DNA from: Nemertoderma westbladi
Lineage: Eukaryota; Animalia; Xenacoelomorpha
Length of the DNA: 64,000 nt
Direction of reading: 5' to 3'
Assembly (NCBI GenBank): GCA_032718475.1
Contig: JAUCBJ010005615.1
Coordinates: 1-64,000, forward strand
The notes under the pieces were generated by a model. It was not told where the DNA came from, searched no databases, and worked only from the letters and a program-made list of their open reading frames with translations. Made by a program: the position numbers and the translations under genes. Of the stretch, positions 63,337 to 64,000 are shown one piece after another. Position 1 is the stretch's first letter. Each line of letters starts with the position of its first letter.

Positions 63337-64000
63337 TTTTTGAAATTTTCATGTTGAACCAACTTTTGGCACCCAGTGAAAAGTAGCATGTACCACATCA
63401 ACCATTCACCTGGAAAATATTTCCATCATGTACGTTTGCTATTCTTGAAAACCTTTATACGTCGCAAATGGTGGCTGATTGAAACTTTCATGGTGAACCA
63501 ATTTTTGGGTACCCATTGGTTTTCATGAAATATTTCGAAAACTGAGAAAGGTATGACAAAACCGATTGCATATTTGAAATCTCCATAAACTTTCAGATAA
63601 TATACAACAATTTTATTGTCATTATCAAATATATAAACCGCCACGACAACGTTGAAAAATCGACCCACTAATTTTTTGGCCTTGCTGCCATTTGGCAGGC
63701 CGATGGTACCAGTTAAAATAACTGGGACCACCCCTACCTTGGGGTAGCAGTTATCGAAAGAGCAGCATTCGGTTAGCCTCCGGTCTCGGCCGGGCGAATA
63801 TGCCAGAGAAATTCCAACCTCGCAGAACTAAACTCTCCAAAGGAAATGGCAATGGCACTCATACCGGGAACTCAGGACTGGAAGCAGAACCTGGTTAATT
63901 ATAAATATACAGATGTAAATTTAAATCCCAGCTTATTTTTCTTTACATTATTACAACGAGCGTTTAAATAAAACAAAGTGACTATGTAATGAATTTTGTA

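Overview
AT-rich eukaryotic (invertebrate-like) genomic DNA dominated by transposons and satellites. It holds two host genes: a two-exon serine palmitoyltransferase LCB2/SPTLC2-type gene (minus strand, 25192-27295) and an intronless glycine cleavage H protein gene (61325-61843). Three LTR retrotransposon families are present. A is the 3' end of an element with an unusual zinc-knuckle ORF just before its PPT/3' LTR, plus two more LTR pieces. B is a decayed BEL/Pao element cut by RTE and RTEX-like LINEs. C is a complete, pol-deleted BEL/Pao element (46099-57778) with about 99% identical 1.8-kb LTRs and a TTATA TSD. There are also many MITEs and large 21-, 19-, 31- and 15-bp tandem arrays. The three most notable observations: (1) an uncharacterised accessory protein domain shared by the 3' regions of elements A and C; (2) no tRNA primer-binding site in B or C, with a perfect 10-nt complement of C's PBS position inside its own LTR, suggesting Tf1-like self-priming in BEL/Pao; (3) an SPTLC2 intron largely made of tandem acceptor/9-nt microexon/donor units. 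All alignments were done by eye; nothing was searched against databases.
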